Shown here: in pieces, positions 36,750-50,526 of the stretch | Position numbering within the stretch: the stretch's first letter is position 1 | How the letters are laid out: every line of letters starts with the position of its first letter | NCBI GenBank assembly: GCA_046563655.1 | Contig: CM102286.1 | Coordinates: forward strand, 992,001 to 1,056,000 | DNA length: 64,000 nucleotides | Origin: Yuukianura sp. NJ FZ-2021 | Taxonomy: Eukaryota | Direction: 5' to 3' | Translations under genes and position numbers: made by a program | Notes under the pieces: model-generated | What the model saw: only the letters and a program-made list of their open reading frames with translations | Told to the model about the DNA's origin: nothing | Databases searched by the model: none

Positions 36750-39175
36750 ATGGAGGACTCCGCCGTTGCTACTTCTGCGTCGACCCTAAGTACTACTAAT
36801 GCTAACGGTAGCACTGCCAGTGGAATTGGGCTACCATTGATATTGGATGGGAACTTCTTCAAAGTCATTGCCGAAGATGGGCTCAAAGTTACAGGTCAAT
36901 GTACTTTGTGTCCTTCTCGAATCATGGGACTCAAAACTACCACTTCTAACTTCAACACACATTTAAAGGTATGTAGAACTATCCCGAATAATCTAATAAA
37001 CACTATCCAACATCCAGTTTAGGTTCCCATTTGTTACGTAATTGAATCGATTTTCAGAAAATGCATCCAGAGAGACACAGAATTTACGAAGAGTACAAAC
37101 TGGAAAAGGGACAGAACGTCAAGAAACGTCGAACGAGTCATGAGGCTCGAAGTGTGATTCAGTATGCTGGATCAAGCAACCGATCCGTTCCTGCCGATCC
37201 AACAACCGTTCCTACTCAGAGAAACGGGTCAACAGACGATTCTGGTAATGCTGAGGAGCCGTTGAGAGACGAAGAAGGATTTCTACAAAATATTAACGCT
37301 GAACCACCGCTGAAGCGAAAGCTAAGTGCTGCTCCTACCAATACTTCCAGCGGCGCAATACGACCAGGAATACCTCTACCACATCGTCTGAAACAAGGCA
37401 GTATCCCAGCCGCTTCTCTCCCACCTACAATTAAAGCCAGAAGGAAGGAGACGGACGACGTCGTATTTGCCTTTATAATCAAAAGTCTGAGTCCCCCATC
37501 GCTCGTGGAGTCTCCACATTTCACAAGTCTTGTTTCAGGTAAACTTTCGCTTAAATTCGATTGTTAAACGTTTGTCTCGATGGGCCACAGTCAACTTTTT
37601 CTCTTGTCAGGTCTATGTGCCACTCCAAGACGGGTTATGTCTCGAAGCACTTTGGAAAGCCGAATCAACATGCAGTCATTAGTCAAAAGAACAAAAATCG
37701 TGAGAAGTATGGACACTGCCGAAGTCATTTGCGTTACAGTTGATGCTTGGACTCTTTGGAACGACACTTTGAACACCTTCATTGCAATGACAGCCCACTG
37801 GATGGGCCCTTCACTCAACATCCAATCGGCCTTACTTAGCTGTCAACGGTTTCAACAAGATCTCACGTACAACAAACTAGTTGACATCATCTGTGATGTT
37901 TTGACTGTGTACAGTATCCCTTCAGAAAAAATCGGTTGCATTGTTACCAACAACGCTTCAAGTCTCCTACCAACTCGAATTTACCAAATTCATACTTGGG
38001 AAAATGAAGATTCTGGTGATGGCCAAGACAATTTCAGTACACTTTTCGGTCTTAGCAATGTCGTAACAAATGAAGACTTGTCATTCTACAATATCAGCTC
38101 CATATTTTCAGAAGCCAAGAGCAGTGGCGATGCTCCGCCAGATTTTCCTTCACATTATGACTGTCCCACTCAAACGCTTATCGGTGTCCTGGCTACTTCG
38201 ACGTTCGAAACCATGAGTAATCCGGATCACCCGAGTTCATACATTTTCCAACTGGCTGTTGCTAAATGTCAAGCTCTATGGAGTGCCTGTGCAAACAAAG
38301 AAGCTGGAGAACGAATTCAACAAGTTTTTGGCCTCGAAATTCTTATTCCAAATCGTCTCAATTGGGGCTCATTTTTGGAAGCAATGGACTGTCTCCTGGC
38401 TGGTCGTGATGTACTGGATGCAATTTTCAAGTTTTTCGAACTACCGATTCTGGGCAAAAAGGAAATTGAATTTTTGGAAGAGTATGTCAAAACAATGGAT
38501 CCTATTACAGATGCACTCAGTTTACTCCAAGATGTAAACAGTGACTCTTATATGGGCTCATTCGTACCAACAATTCTCACGGTCAAGGAAAAGCTGGAAG
38601 AATTGAAAACTATGAACTTGAAATACACGGAACCATTAGTAGAAAGTTTACTTTCTGGACTGGATGGACCATTTCTGGATATCATCACTCTGGATGAAAA
38701 TGCTCGTCCACTAATTCTTGCTTCCATGCTGCATCCACTGTACAAAGTGACTTGGATCCCTGCTGATAAGCTGGAGGAACTCAAAGGCTGGTACTTGGAA
38801 GAAGCCGGAAATTTTGGGCGCATGATGGAGTCTAATTCAACCAAGTCAATTACTGCTCAAACTTCATCAAAATCGGATGAATCCGAGTCGGAATCGGACA
38901 TTTACGGTACAAATGGCGAATCTTCTAAAGAAGATGTGTCGTCTATTTTGGTTGAGTTTTTAGACTATTTGGAAGCACCAGTAGAACCAGTTGATGGAGG
39001 TCAACTAGACCTGTTTCCCAATGTCAAGAAATTGTTCATCACTTTTAATACTGCAATTGCCTCGTCGGTCCATGTTGAAAAAATTATCAACTTCTCTGAA
39101 GTTAGTTTTGCACCGTCAAGTGCCATTCTTTCTAATGAGTTATTGGAGAAAATGTTAATTCTTAAGTGTAATTAG
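36750..39175 (+). CDS. hAT transposase-derived BED zinc-finger protein (ZBED-like), 3 exons
   Basis: BED finger CTLC..TTSNFNTHLKKMHP, VTVDAWT, MTAHW, ASMLHP, and hAT dimerisation-like FPNVKKLFITFNTAIASSVHVEK. Confidence 0.85.
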
Positions 39176-39859
39176 ATTAATAACTAATATTTAATTAACG
39201 ATAATGTTAAGTTATTCTCAAAGTATTTTTTGGTTCACTTTATAATGCTTTTGATGTACTCTTCTGCACTGTACTAATTTGGAAACTTTTTCGGATTTCT
39301 AGAACAAGTTCAAACCGGATTTTGAATTGGCATTGTTTAAAAATTGTGTTTTTCTTCTTTTTCCTCTTTTTTCGAGTATAATTTAATTCCTTCTTGACCT
39401 TTACTGATTTTTTTTGAATTAGTTTTTCGAAAACTGATGATTTGTTCAGAGGCCTGTTTAATTATGTACTTTGAAGTCAATTTTGCTTGCCAAAATCATA
39501 CAGAGTTTATAGTTTTCATGAGACAATTTTACTTGCTCAGTTATCATTACTAAAATCGTAGTAAAAAGTTGAAAAAAAATGTTATGGTTGTACAATCGTT
39601 TTTTTGTTTTAGTGTTAGAGATGAAAATGATTTTGGTTGTTGGAATACCCGGATGTCTAACCGGAACATTGCGGTACTTTTCCCAATAGGGATTTGTGTT
39701 TTGTTGCTGGTTTTTAGATTATTGTGTGGATTAAGGTGTGCAAGTGCACAAAGGTGTATGAAAGATACAGTAAGGGGTAGCATTTCTTTTGTTTTGTTAT
39801 GTTTAGGTTAGGATTGGTGGGTTAGTTAGGTAAGGGGGTGGAAAAAAACAGTAACCCGA

Positions 39860-40021
39860 CACTGTGGTACGGCAATCCATTTGCGTCAAACTTATGGACG
39901 GCAGCTGATGCGCGTTACACTTGTGTACGTTCCGCTTATGGACGGAAAATAATGGACGTTAAGCGTATGGACGGCAACCGATAGACGTTTCCCATGTGGA
40001 CAGCAAATGACGGACGTTACC
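39860..40021. repeat. Degenerate ~15-bp tandem array (atggacg core), probable transposon end
   Basis: Periodic tggacg/ggacgtt units. Confidence 0.55.
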
Positions 40022-40243
40022 CACGGTTTGTTGATTTTAATTTTCTTTAACAGGTTGGGTATTGCCTCACGTTATTTTGATTTTCCAACTTTTCATTTTC
40101 GGACATCTTAGTCAGTCATAACAATACAGCATTTTTCTTGCATACGAATTGGTACCAATTTTATTTATTTATTTATTTTATTTATTTTGTCAACAAGCGA
40201 AGTAATACCCAACCTGTTAAAGAAAATTAACGTTTAGTTGTCA
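40022..40243. mobile_element. Degenerate copy of the CAAGGT MITE family
   Basis: ggtttgttgattttaattttctttaacaggttgggta ... tacccaacctgttaaagaaaattaa. Confidence 0.75.
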
Positions 40244-40807
40244 ATGTCTATACAAATAGTTGTGCATAAGTGTTCGTTCAGAAGTGAGCGTACATGAGTG
40301 TCAGGGAATCGGAGAAGCACTTATAGCTTCAAGGGGTGTTAAGAGGGCTGTGAAAATATTTACAAGGTTTAACAAGTTACAATGGAGACTATAGGTAAAA
40401 TTTAATGACAAACCGTGTGGACTCCTTTTGAAATTCAGTTTGTAAAAACTTCTTGGAATATGAACAGCCTCAACAAAGAAACAAGTCTGCAGTAATTAAT
40501 TCAATTGTGATCAATTGAATATAGTCAACTCTTAAATTTCCATTTTTTATAATCAACTTTCAAGGCCGGGTCACTTTTCCTGGAAAAATTTCCACTTAAG
40601 ATAAACATCTTGTGCAGAGATCACCTAAGAATCTGCAAAAACTTCTCTAGCACACACGAAATTAAGATTTTATGGTGATCAACATTTACAAAATCTTGTT
40701 GGTTAAGTGTCGTACTTGAAATCAAAAAGTTTACAAAAAGTTGGTGCTCCACTGATACATTTGTTGGTGCCAAATTTTCAACATTTCACATTTAATTTTT
40801 GTGGATA

Positions 40808-43800
40808 ATGATGAAGAACAACGGGCTGCTAAAATGGAGTCTACATAAAAACAAAAACAGTGTTGCAAATGGTATTTTACGAAATTATTTTTTTTACCAA
40901 AAATTTGAAAAAAAAATGTTTTTCATAAATTTCGTAGACGTCAAAGCTGGTTTGACTTCATTTTGTTGTGGAATTTGAATCATCAAGTTTTTGTTTTCAT
41001 TTAGAATTTTTTTTATTTTCAGGGAAAAACTGGGTACATCCAGCAGAATCCTTGACGTCAGGGCACATCGCATATCTTGTCAAGGTAAAAACAAAAACTT
41101 TGAATTTCAATTCATCATTTCTGTAGTTTTTTTAAGCCTGAATTGTGCTTAGACATACTTTTTTGGTGATTGACGTCAAAAAATCAAAATTAAATTCAAA
41201 TTAATTCTACATCAAACTAAAATTATGCAGCTACACAACAAAAAGTTTCACCTTGAACTCCTAGAAATAAAGAAATTCCGGTAGTCACAGGAAAAAAAAA
41301 AATTTCAACAACCTTCAAATACAAAAGAAACCACGACAAGATTTTTGATTTTCTCAAATTTTCATGTCATTTCAAAATTTCAAACTTTCAGTTCATTTTG
41401 TCAAATTCATATCATGCCAAAGTAACAAATTTTCTAAAATACTAATTTCTTTCAGTTTTTTTTTCTCAAAAACTCGTTTCATTTCCGTAGTTTTGTTTTC
41501 GACACATTAATCATGATCAATTAGGTTGAAATTTGATCCCTCACAAGTATAATACTAATTGACACTTTCTTTTTGAATTGGGAATTCGTGATTTTGAGTC
41601 TATGTTGTAACAATTTCACTGATTATTATAAATTTTCCTTTAATTATATCATAATTCAAAGTCTCTCATTTTCTCTTTTTGTTTTTCCCAGACATTGTCA
41701 AAGGTTGTGCTACACCAATCGTTTCCCTTTAGGTTAGATTTGTTAATATATAAAAAGTATGGTTGAAGTTGCTGAGGGGGTTTTCTCGTGTATCCACCCC
41801 TTGATAAGAGTCGTACCAGTCACCACGAGGTCAACCCAAACCATTTATGTACTCAAGGAGCAGGAAAAAGGCGTTTGGGAATTCAGTTTTTAGTTTTGCA
41901 AGATCATGGGGTTGCTTCCTTGGAGGAGTTTTTACGTTTTATGCTTGCCTTATTGGAAGATACATTGTTAAACTAACGTTATACTGAACAGAGATGAACA
42001 GTTTTTTTGAAAGATGCTTTGTCTGAATCTGTTACATAGTGTGTACTGCTTCCCATGCACAGTCTTTGGCAGTCAACCGAAAATATCCTTTGGTTTTTGA
42101 AACTCCAAATGGAAATGACAAAGAAAGTGGAACAGGAATTGAACAAGTTGCTTTGATTAAAAAATTTCAATTGTCTTTGTGGCAGTTGAAAGTTTCAACT
42201 TGAAACTAGGGAATTAGGCGTTGATAATTTTGAAAAAGTCATGAACGTGGCAGGATGTCAAAACTGTTGAGGAAATGACGTCAAGTATCTTTTTTGAAAA
42301 GAAAAAAATCTCAAGTTCCTCTGCCAAGAAACTTTTTGAATGCCAAAAATGGAAAAATTGAGTATATCCTAGTGTAACTAATTCGAAAACGACAAAGTTT
42401 TATTTTTGTAAATGTTCACTCAAGTTGTAAAAAGTAACTACAATAAACAATTTAACTACTAACTACTGCTTAACTACGTGTAACATTATGACTTTGCATT
42501 TTGCAACGTTTAAAAAGTATGCTGAGAATAAGCAATTTAAGGGATGATTCATCCATTCATAATTTTTTATTATACTTTATAATTTTCACATTGTACACAG
42601 TACAAAGAAAGTTAAACGCCGCTCTTTAAAAGTTTTTGAGAAAGAAAATGTTCGCAAATCAAAAAAAATTGACAAATTCGTTAAAAATTGACAACTTTTT
42701 CTCATTTTCTCGTATTTCTAAAAACCAAAGTTTTACAATTATATAAATTAAAAAATATTAAGTAATAATTACTATAATTTATAAAATATGTTATAATATG
42801 TTATGTTATTTCAGTTTCTTGGAGTGTCAGAAGTCCATCTACCAAGAGGAATTGAAGTAGTGAAGGAGTGTATTCAAAAATTAAAACTCGATGAAGAAAT
42901 TCGCAGAGCAGAAGGTGGAACGACGCCAAAGGTATAAAAATATCGCACGGTTTTTGGATTGCAAAATTCATGAATCATGCTCACTTTTTATAGGTTAACA
43001 TTTTCATAATCTTGGTTGTCACCACTTCAAATGATTCTTAATCAAGTACTTTCAATTTTCATAACTTCATGTTGACACAGTTTGCTGACTTTTTAATTTC
43101 TTCTTACACACTTGATCTTTTAAACATTTTTTAATTTTAAAATTTTGACTTTGTAGGCCGAGTTGACAATTTCCGTAGAGGGCGTTGCAGTTCAAGAGCC
43201 AAAAGACAAGAAAATCCTACACCAGTTTCCACTTCATCAAATTTCTTACTGTGCCGATGACAAGGAGGACAAGAAGTTCTTTTCTTTTATTGCCAAAGAT
43301 GGAGAAGTTCATCGCTGTTTCGTTTTTGCTTCAGAAAAATTGGTAAAGTCCATTTCAAAAAAAAAGTTAAAATCCCGTACGTTTTTTCATAAATATTTTA
43401 TTTCAAATTTTCTGTTAGGCTGAGAAAATTACACTAACAATTGGGCAAGCCTTCGATTTGGCCTACAAGCGATTTCAAGAGTCATCAGGACGTGAGTTGG
43501 AGCTGAAAAAGGAAATTTCTGCCCTTCAAAAAAGAGTGGCAGAATTAGAAGTTGAAAATTCTGAACTTCGTGGCATGATTAGTTTGCGCTCGGTAGATGG
43601 CAATTCTAATTCTAGCTTATCCACTTCCGGATCAAACATTGCTGACTTGTTAAGTCTTCCTTTGACCCAGGAAGACACATCGGCACGTTTAGCACATCAA
43701 ACTATCGCGTAAGTACTAAAAGTCAATGACCTTTCGAAAAATTGACCTTTGACCTTTTGTTTCAGTGAATTTGCAATGACAGCAAACGAAATTGAAAAAC

Positions 43801-44393
43801 GATCTCATGTTACTCCAAAGAAACTGGATATTTTTGATGACGATCTGTTTGGATCCAAACCGAGAGGAATTCCAGATGGAATCGAAGACCCGCCAAAATG
43901 TGAGATTTGAAAATTTTGAAATTTGAACTTTCTTGAAAATTTTTTCGTTTTTCAGTGTCTCCACCTCCACCTAAAGGAAAAAAGTCTACAGACGATGTGT
44001 TTAGTACTGTGAACTCCAAAAATGCCTTTGGCTCTGACCCATTCTTCACTTCTTCTTCATCTGCAGATCCATTTGGCATGTCTGCATTCACACTTCCGAA
44101 CAGGATCCCAGTAGTTTCAAATGGTCACTCCAAAGTGACTAACAGTTCAAATCAATTTGGACTTGATATTTTTAGTACTGCGCAGAAGCAGGACCAACCC
44201 AAGCCACCAAGTACGCAACTCCCGGATGACGTTTTTAGCACATTAGGTGGGTTGGTGATAAATGACTTTGCGTTTTCATTTCATTTGCACTTTGTAACAG
44301 GATTTGTCATTAGTCTAAATTTTTTTTGCAGAAATGTTGGACCCATTACGACATGATGACTCTACCACCGCCAAATTCAACTCATACTTTTAA
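40808..44393 (+). CDS. ced-6: PTB-domain engulfment adaptor CED-6/GULP1
   Basis: NWVHPAESL..GHIAYLVKFLG..PRGIEVVKE, HQISYCADDKEDKKFFSFIAK, ITLTIGQAFDLAYKRF, then a leucine zipper and DPF motifs. Confidence 0.92.
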
Positions 44394-47300
44394 GTTTTTA
44401 ACACCACAATTTCCAAATTGAAACTGAATTTTCTTAAGACAAAAAATTTCCATAACTTTTTTTCACTTGAAATCCCATTTTTGACTTTGACAGACTTTTC
44501 GCTTCTTTTGACGAATGTAAACGCTAAATGATTAACGCTTTTGACACACATTTTTCTAAATGAGAAATTAAACTTTCAGTATTAATCAAAAAGTAATCAA
44601 ACAGAGAAGCTTCTCGATAAATCCGGTTTTAGTACCGGTTTGACCGGAATCCGAAGAGAAACTCGAACTTTATGTGTTTTTAGTCGATTGTCAATATGTT
44701 CTAGGTTAGAAAGTTTTAGCATAAATTGAGTTTTAAAATTTGGATAGCAAAAGTAAGAGCAGGCGGTAAATTTAGCTTGTTTTCAAATATTTGAACACCG
44801 CTACTCATCTTACGAGCACTTGGACGTTTCCAAATGGAAAATTAAATTTTGAAGAGGCCTCCTGTTGGAACTTTCGTCATTTGAATTCAATTAACCGCTT
44901 TCACGTCATTACCAACCACGAGTGCCACGGTGCCACTTCGAGCATGTGGAGCCACCAAGAGCCCCACCAAACAAGCTTCAACGTAATTGGTGGAGCACTT
45001 ATGTTTCCATTAACCTCAAATTCAATTTGAAGGCAGCTAAAACGCTCCAAATGGAGCAGCACAATAAAAAGCCAAAAAGCCATGGAGCAATTTTGGCTCG
45101 AATCGAAGCAAGGTTCAAAAATTTGAATTTTTGCATTTTGGTGTATAAGGATAGTTCGACATTTCATGACAAAGTAAGTTTAAACTTCTAATAGCACAAG
45201 CACGCAATCAAAAAAAAATGTCACAAGGTGTGTCTAGTGACATTCAAAAACACATCGTGAAATTTAACAAAAAAAAAGTTATACCAGAAAATTATACCGG
45301 GCAAACCATCGATATACAGTTGATCATGAAACAGCTTCAAGTTTTTTAAATATTTTAGAAAAAGTATTTTTTAGTTTGGATTTTCATTTTTCTTTAAATC
45401 ACAGCTAACTTTCGTTTTTCAATGCAACAGGAACGTCTGCGCTTGTATTCTTCCGCAGTGGTTTGCATCGTTGCTTGTTTTAAAACTCAGCGTTCCTTTC
45501 TCCACCTCCACCAGTATGGTTTCCGCCGTCCCTGCGCTGCAACGTGCTTCGCTCATCGCTGATTCAAAGATCAGCGCCAGGCGCTTTTCTTTAGAAAAAA
45601 AAAACTGTTTCAAAACAATAACAAACGCAGACCAATTCCAAGAGTCCAGTTTTACGACTTTCAATTCAAAAAAGGGCAGAGTTTAACTGCCTCTCGTAAA
45701 TTGGACAATTTTGTGTCGTCTCTGCTTACACACCAAATTACAAAAACAACAACGGAGAAAGTCAACATAAGCGAAATTACGAACTTTATTGGCCAACTAT
45801 CCACAACATCCACAAATCGTAAAATATCTAATTTACTTTTACAATTTAAAAAAATGTTGACTTCTGGAACAAATTTCTCTAATTTCAAAAGTCATAAAAT
45901 TTTTGTTTTTGTTTTTGCGTTTGAGTAAATATTTTGATCCGATGCCACAAGCGTTTTTTTTTAAATATGACGGAAAATTTTCTCTGACCAGAGGAAATTA
46001 ATTGCTGAGGGATTTGCGGATTTTGCCTGGGACCGTTTAATTATTCAAAATTCTCCTCAAGGGAATCAAAATGCCAAATTTAGCAAAATTGGAAATTTTT
46101 CATAAAAGGATTCATCATTGCAAAATCCTGTTTCAACTTACCCGCGCGGAATGTCATTGTTCAGGGTATTTTGTTAGACTATTAACAAAAACGCGAAATG
46201 CTACAAGGCAAACTATAAGTGCATCAATTTTGAAAAAGTTTACTTTAAAAAATGTCTTTTAAAAAGTGTAGTGTAGTTCAAAAAATTTGCTCAGATTAAA
46301 CTGATATACCGGAAAGTGCCTTGAGGGCATGGATGAAAGCATTACAAACTTTGTCATTCTAGTATCCACACAATTTTGAAAATTTTGAAAAGAGAAATAT
46401 TAACTTTCTCCTGGCTCACTTTTCTCTATTCTGCTAACTTTTTTTTCTTCAAAAAACTATTTTTTCCCTTTGAACTTCTCTTCATTACTGAAGATACATT
46501 TATTCAGTATGTCGTGAATCGTAAAATCTAATTTGTAAAAAATCAGCAAAGGAATAGCAAGGTTCGTTAACTTTTGATTTAGGTTGATTAAACTCAAGCT
46601 TTTTTGTACGTTAATACGTTAGTAGGATTTAAGGTTAGGCTTAGTTACTTTTCCTGTTAGGTTTTTCTGAATTTCATGTTAGGTTTTACGTTTCATGTTA
46701 GGTTTAGGCAGCTTAGGTCAAAAGTTCGTAGGCGTCGTACACACTTTTTTGTTGGTAAAAAGACGCTTAGGAGATGTATGGTCCTTCTAAAAGAGATTTC
46801 CAAGTGTAAGTCTTCTATTAAGTTAATTAATTAGGTTTTGGTCCAGAAGTTGATTCCATTAGGACAGAACACGTCCTTTGGATTTGGATTCTCATAGAAA
46901 CTATGGTTGAAGTAAGGAAACCGCAGCAGTGGGAACGTCAGTCTCGTCAGCCTGTTTTCAACCAAAGACAAGGCACGTGTTTTCTACTAAAGAGAAAGTT
47001 CTGATCTTTTTATACTTTTTTTTTGCTCCTGATGGGATTCGCACCGGAGTTGTAAAAATGACACCAAAAAACACTAGGCGTCCACAAAAATTTTTTGTGC
47101 AAACTTTTACTAGTCTTAGGAAGCTTTAGTGACATTTTGAAAAACGCGCCTCATTTCCTCCAGTGTCCATAAACTGTTTCTAAAAACTTTTTTTTCCGTT
47201 CCGTAGAGTCCAACTGTGGATTCCGAATTCAAATCTTTGTGCTGTTTCAAATGGTATAACTTTTTATATGTAGTACATTGTGCAAAAAAGAGTGGGGGAG

Positions 47301-50254
47301 TGAAAAGAGCTACAAATTTACGACATGTCGTCAACATGTCACCACACCATTATGCACCAAAAAGTGTTTCGAAGCGGAAACGGAAGCGTTTCTTTTTAAC
47401 TTTTTCAAACTCCTTCAAAGTGAACAGAAAAGAGAAGCTCAAGAGTTCTTTTTTCAAAGTCAAGCGATTTCTTTAGAAAAAAAGAGTGGAGAAAGTGACT
47501 TTCACTTTTTATGAAATCAGTATTCTACCGTGGAAAACTTTTTGAGAGTTTTCAAAATTGAAATCGAAATTTGATTTCAAGAGCTCCCACATGTCAGTCA
47601 TGGAAAAAATCATAAAGGTTTTCTGTTTTTGGAAAATTCGAGATTCTGTTTCAAAATCACGGAAAAAATTGAAGTTTGAAGTCGAAGGTCGTGAGTTTCA
47701 TGTCTGGACGAAACAAAACTAAGATAAATGGATTGTGTCTAAAATTTCATTTTGTTTGTTTTGTCTGGTTTTTTAGGTTTTTGGTGTTGGGGGATTGTGA
47801 CGGCTTTGGATCCGCGCTACTTAAAAGAAGAAAAATCACTTTCTCCTACTAAAGTCCGAAAATCCTTCAAAATCGGAAACACTATTCCACTGAATCCGCT
47901 GAAACACTGAAACTGGTTCGTTTTCTCTCTACTACTTTTCTTTTACTTGTGAAAGGTGAATGGCGCTTACTATCTTGGGCGATATTGGACACCAGACGGA
48001 GCAGGAGATTTTGGGAGTCTAAATCCGTAAATCCTTTCTCCGTTTTCCACTGAAGTCGAAGAGGAATAGAGATCAAACCAAAATTCCTTCTGTTCAGAAT
48101 ACCAAACAGTGAGAAAAAGAATCCAAATCTGCATGGATTTATGTCTAAAAAAAAGTAAAACCCGAAATCCAAAAATCTCACCTTCTCCTCCTCCTGTCAC
48201 TCTTGTAGAAAAAAAAACAGAGGAAATGTAGAAAACGTTGAGATAAAAAAAATTTCATTTTCAAATTCCTCAGTGGGGATCCGAGAAGAATTTTTTGTGG
48301 CTTAGAAAATTCGCATTGCTTAAATTTTCTATTCCATTTTGAAATTGTACCCAACTGGGTTTTAGGAAAAATATGTCAATTTCGATTTTTACGGAAATTT
48401 CTTTCTTTGGAATTTTAAAAACGATGATGTGATGCAATAATGAAATTTTTGTGTAGAAGGTAGGTTTTTTTTTGTTAGCAATTTTAGTGTAATAGCTTTT
48501 TGCATTGTATGGATTTTTTGATGTTTTGAATTTTTTGCTTTTGCTTTTTGTGCTTTTGCAGCTCGAATTTGTGTTCAAACACAATGTGTCGTGTCAACCT
48601 TTGTCCTTTTTTTGGATTAAAGTGGTTTGCCAATTTCCATTAAATTCCTTGTAGATTTTAACTTTTTTAGTCTCTTTTGCGTGTGTTTCCAAAATCCTTG
48701 AAGTAGTCTCCGGTCGTAAATCTGAGTCAGTGAAAAGTAGTTTCCCCAGCAGAAATCGTTGGAGATGATCATTGCCAAGGAAGGTGTGAAAATTGATAAG
48801 TGGCTCATCTTTCTTGTTGAAATGTCTGCTCTTCCGCTAGATAAGTTCCTCTAGGGTTCGACCAAGATTCATACAATCATGTCGCTCCTGGAAACGTCGT
48901 CAATCATCTTCAAACTTCAAAGAACCTCCACTCAAGAGTGAGCAAGTGGCTAGGAAATACTGCTGCTGAATATGACATGAAAACTCAAGTGGAAAAACAC
49001 TTTTAGCACAACACTGTCTTTCCCTTATTACCCAACCAACAACACGTTCCCAGGAATTTTCTCGTCTAGTTTCCAATTTCACAATTTTCAACATATGAAT
49101 TGGAATTCGGGTATTCAAAATTAAATTTCATGCCCAAACGACCTTGTTTGGATCAAAGCGTGTTCAAAACGGCAAGAAATTGAAGCCAATTAGAACGTGC
49201 AACTTACAATTTTGTGTTGCCACAATCGAACCCACATTTCAAGGTTTTGCATTTTGCAACATTTGAAGTGGAAATTTTTCATTCAAAAGTTAAATTTTTA
49301 CAAAAAAGTTGCTATTGATTAAGTTTACCTAAAGTTTTATTGATATTTTATAGTCTTGTAGGTTTAAGGTGATCAAAGGGGTTTAACATTTGGCTTAAAA
49401 AAATTTGAAAACCTTTTGATGTTCTTATAAAAAAATGAGAATTTGAAAAACCCTTCTGCTTTTGGCATCAAAAGCGTTTTTGAAACTCAAAATGTTGAAA
49501 GTTGATCTATTCAAAGTGAAAGTGGCTTGATTCCATCTTGCGCTCCTTTCTTTGCCTAATTTTCATCAAATATTTGCACTTGCCAGGAGTAAATTGATGC
49601 TCTCCTCCTCTTAGATCTGAAAAAAGTTTTCATTTTCAAAATTTGTCTGCCACGTCCTTCGTGTGTCATTCTTCCTTGTTTACTCTTCAACTTTCCATAA
49701 TAAGACAACGGAAGAGATGAAGTGTCAACAAAGCGTCGTTCCAGAAACTGTGTCACCCGCCTTACAAAAAACGCGAAAAAGTTTCAGAGTGCCATTTTTT
49801 CCAAAATTGATGACGCACTGAACTGCTGCCAACATTTGAGCCACTATTCATGAACCAAAATGATAAACCATCATCTTTCCACTTTCACTCTGCTCCATCT
49901 CAATTTGTGGTGAGAGTTCTCAGCAACTTCTCAACAGAACGGCAACTTTCAAAAAAATTTTAAAGCTCGTGCGTGGTTTTGTGGTGAAAGTGGTTTCACG
50001 TTTCACCAAATTTGAAAACAGACCCATAGAATTCCATAATTTGAAGGTTTTGACAAAAACGTGTGGCGGGAAAATGTTCTTTGTGTCTTGATCTTGTGTG
50101 AGGTTGATGAAGGTTTTGTTTGAAGTTGATCCTGCTCTTACTCCTCCATTTCCATTTCCTTTTACCACTAATGAGAAATTTCTGTGCTTTCTCCTTGGTT
50201 TAGGTTCAACTTACCGTAAAACTTCTAATAAGCGCCGTTCCTCCATAGAATTCG

Positions 50255-50526
50255 CAAGGTTCCATGACAACGAGAAATAAATTTTCTTTAAGAGGCTGAG
50301 TAATACCTGGCTTGTTGACAAAATACAAATTAACAAAAAACAAAAATTGGTATCACTTTTAGTACCAATCCAAAAAATTGGTATAAATTCGTATGCAAAA
50401 ATAAAAAAATTCATCTGTTTGTCATGACTAGGAAGCCCTGATATGAAAAGACACTTTTTTTGCTAAATTAAAAAAACACGAGGTATTACCCAACCTTTTA
50501 AAGAAAATCAACGTCAACAAACCTTG
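50255..50526. mobile_element. hAT-like MITE (CAAGGT family)
   Basis: CAAGGTT...AACCTTG ends, 8-bp TSD AGAATTCG/AGACTTCG. Confidence 0.85.

Noticed and set aside
44890..45562. Possible two-exon plus-strand gene, or minus-strand ORF 45419-45664
   Set aside because: Splice sites are plausible, but there is no clear start and no recognisable protein.
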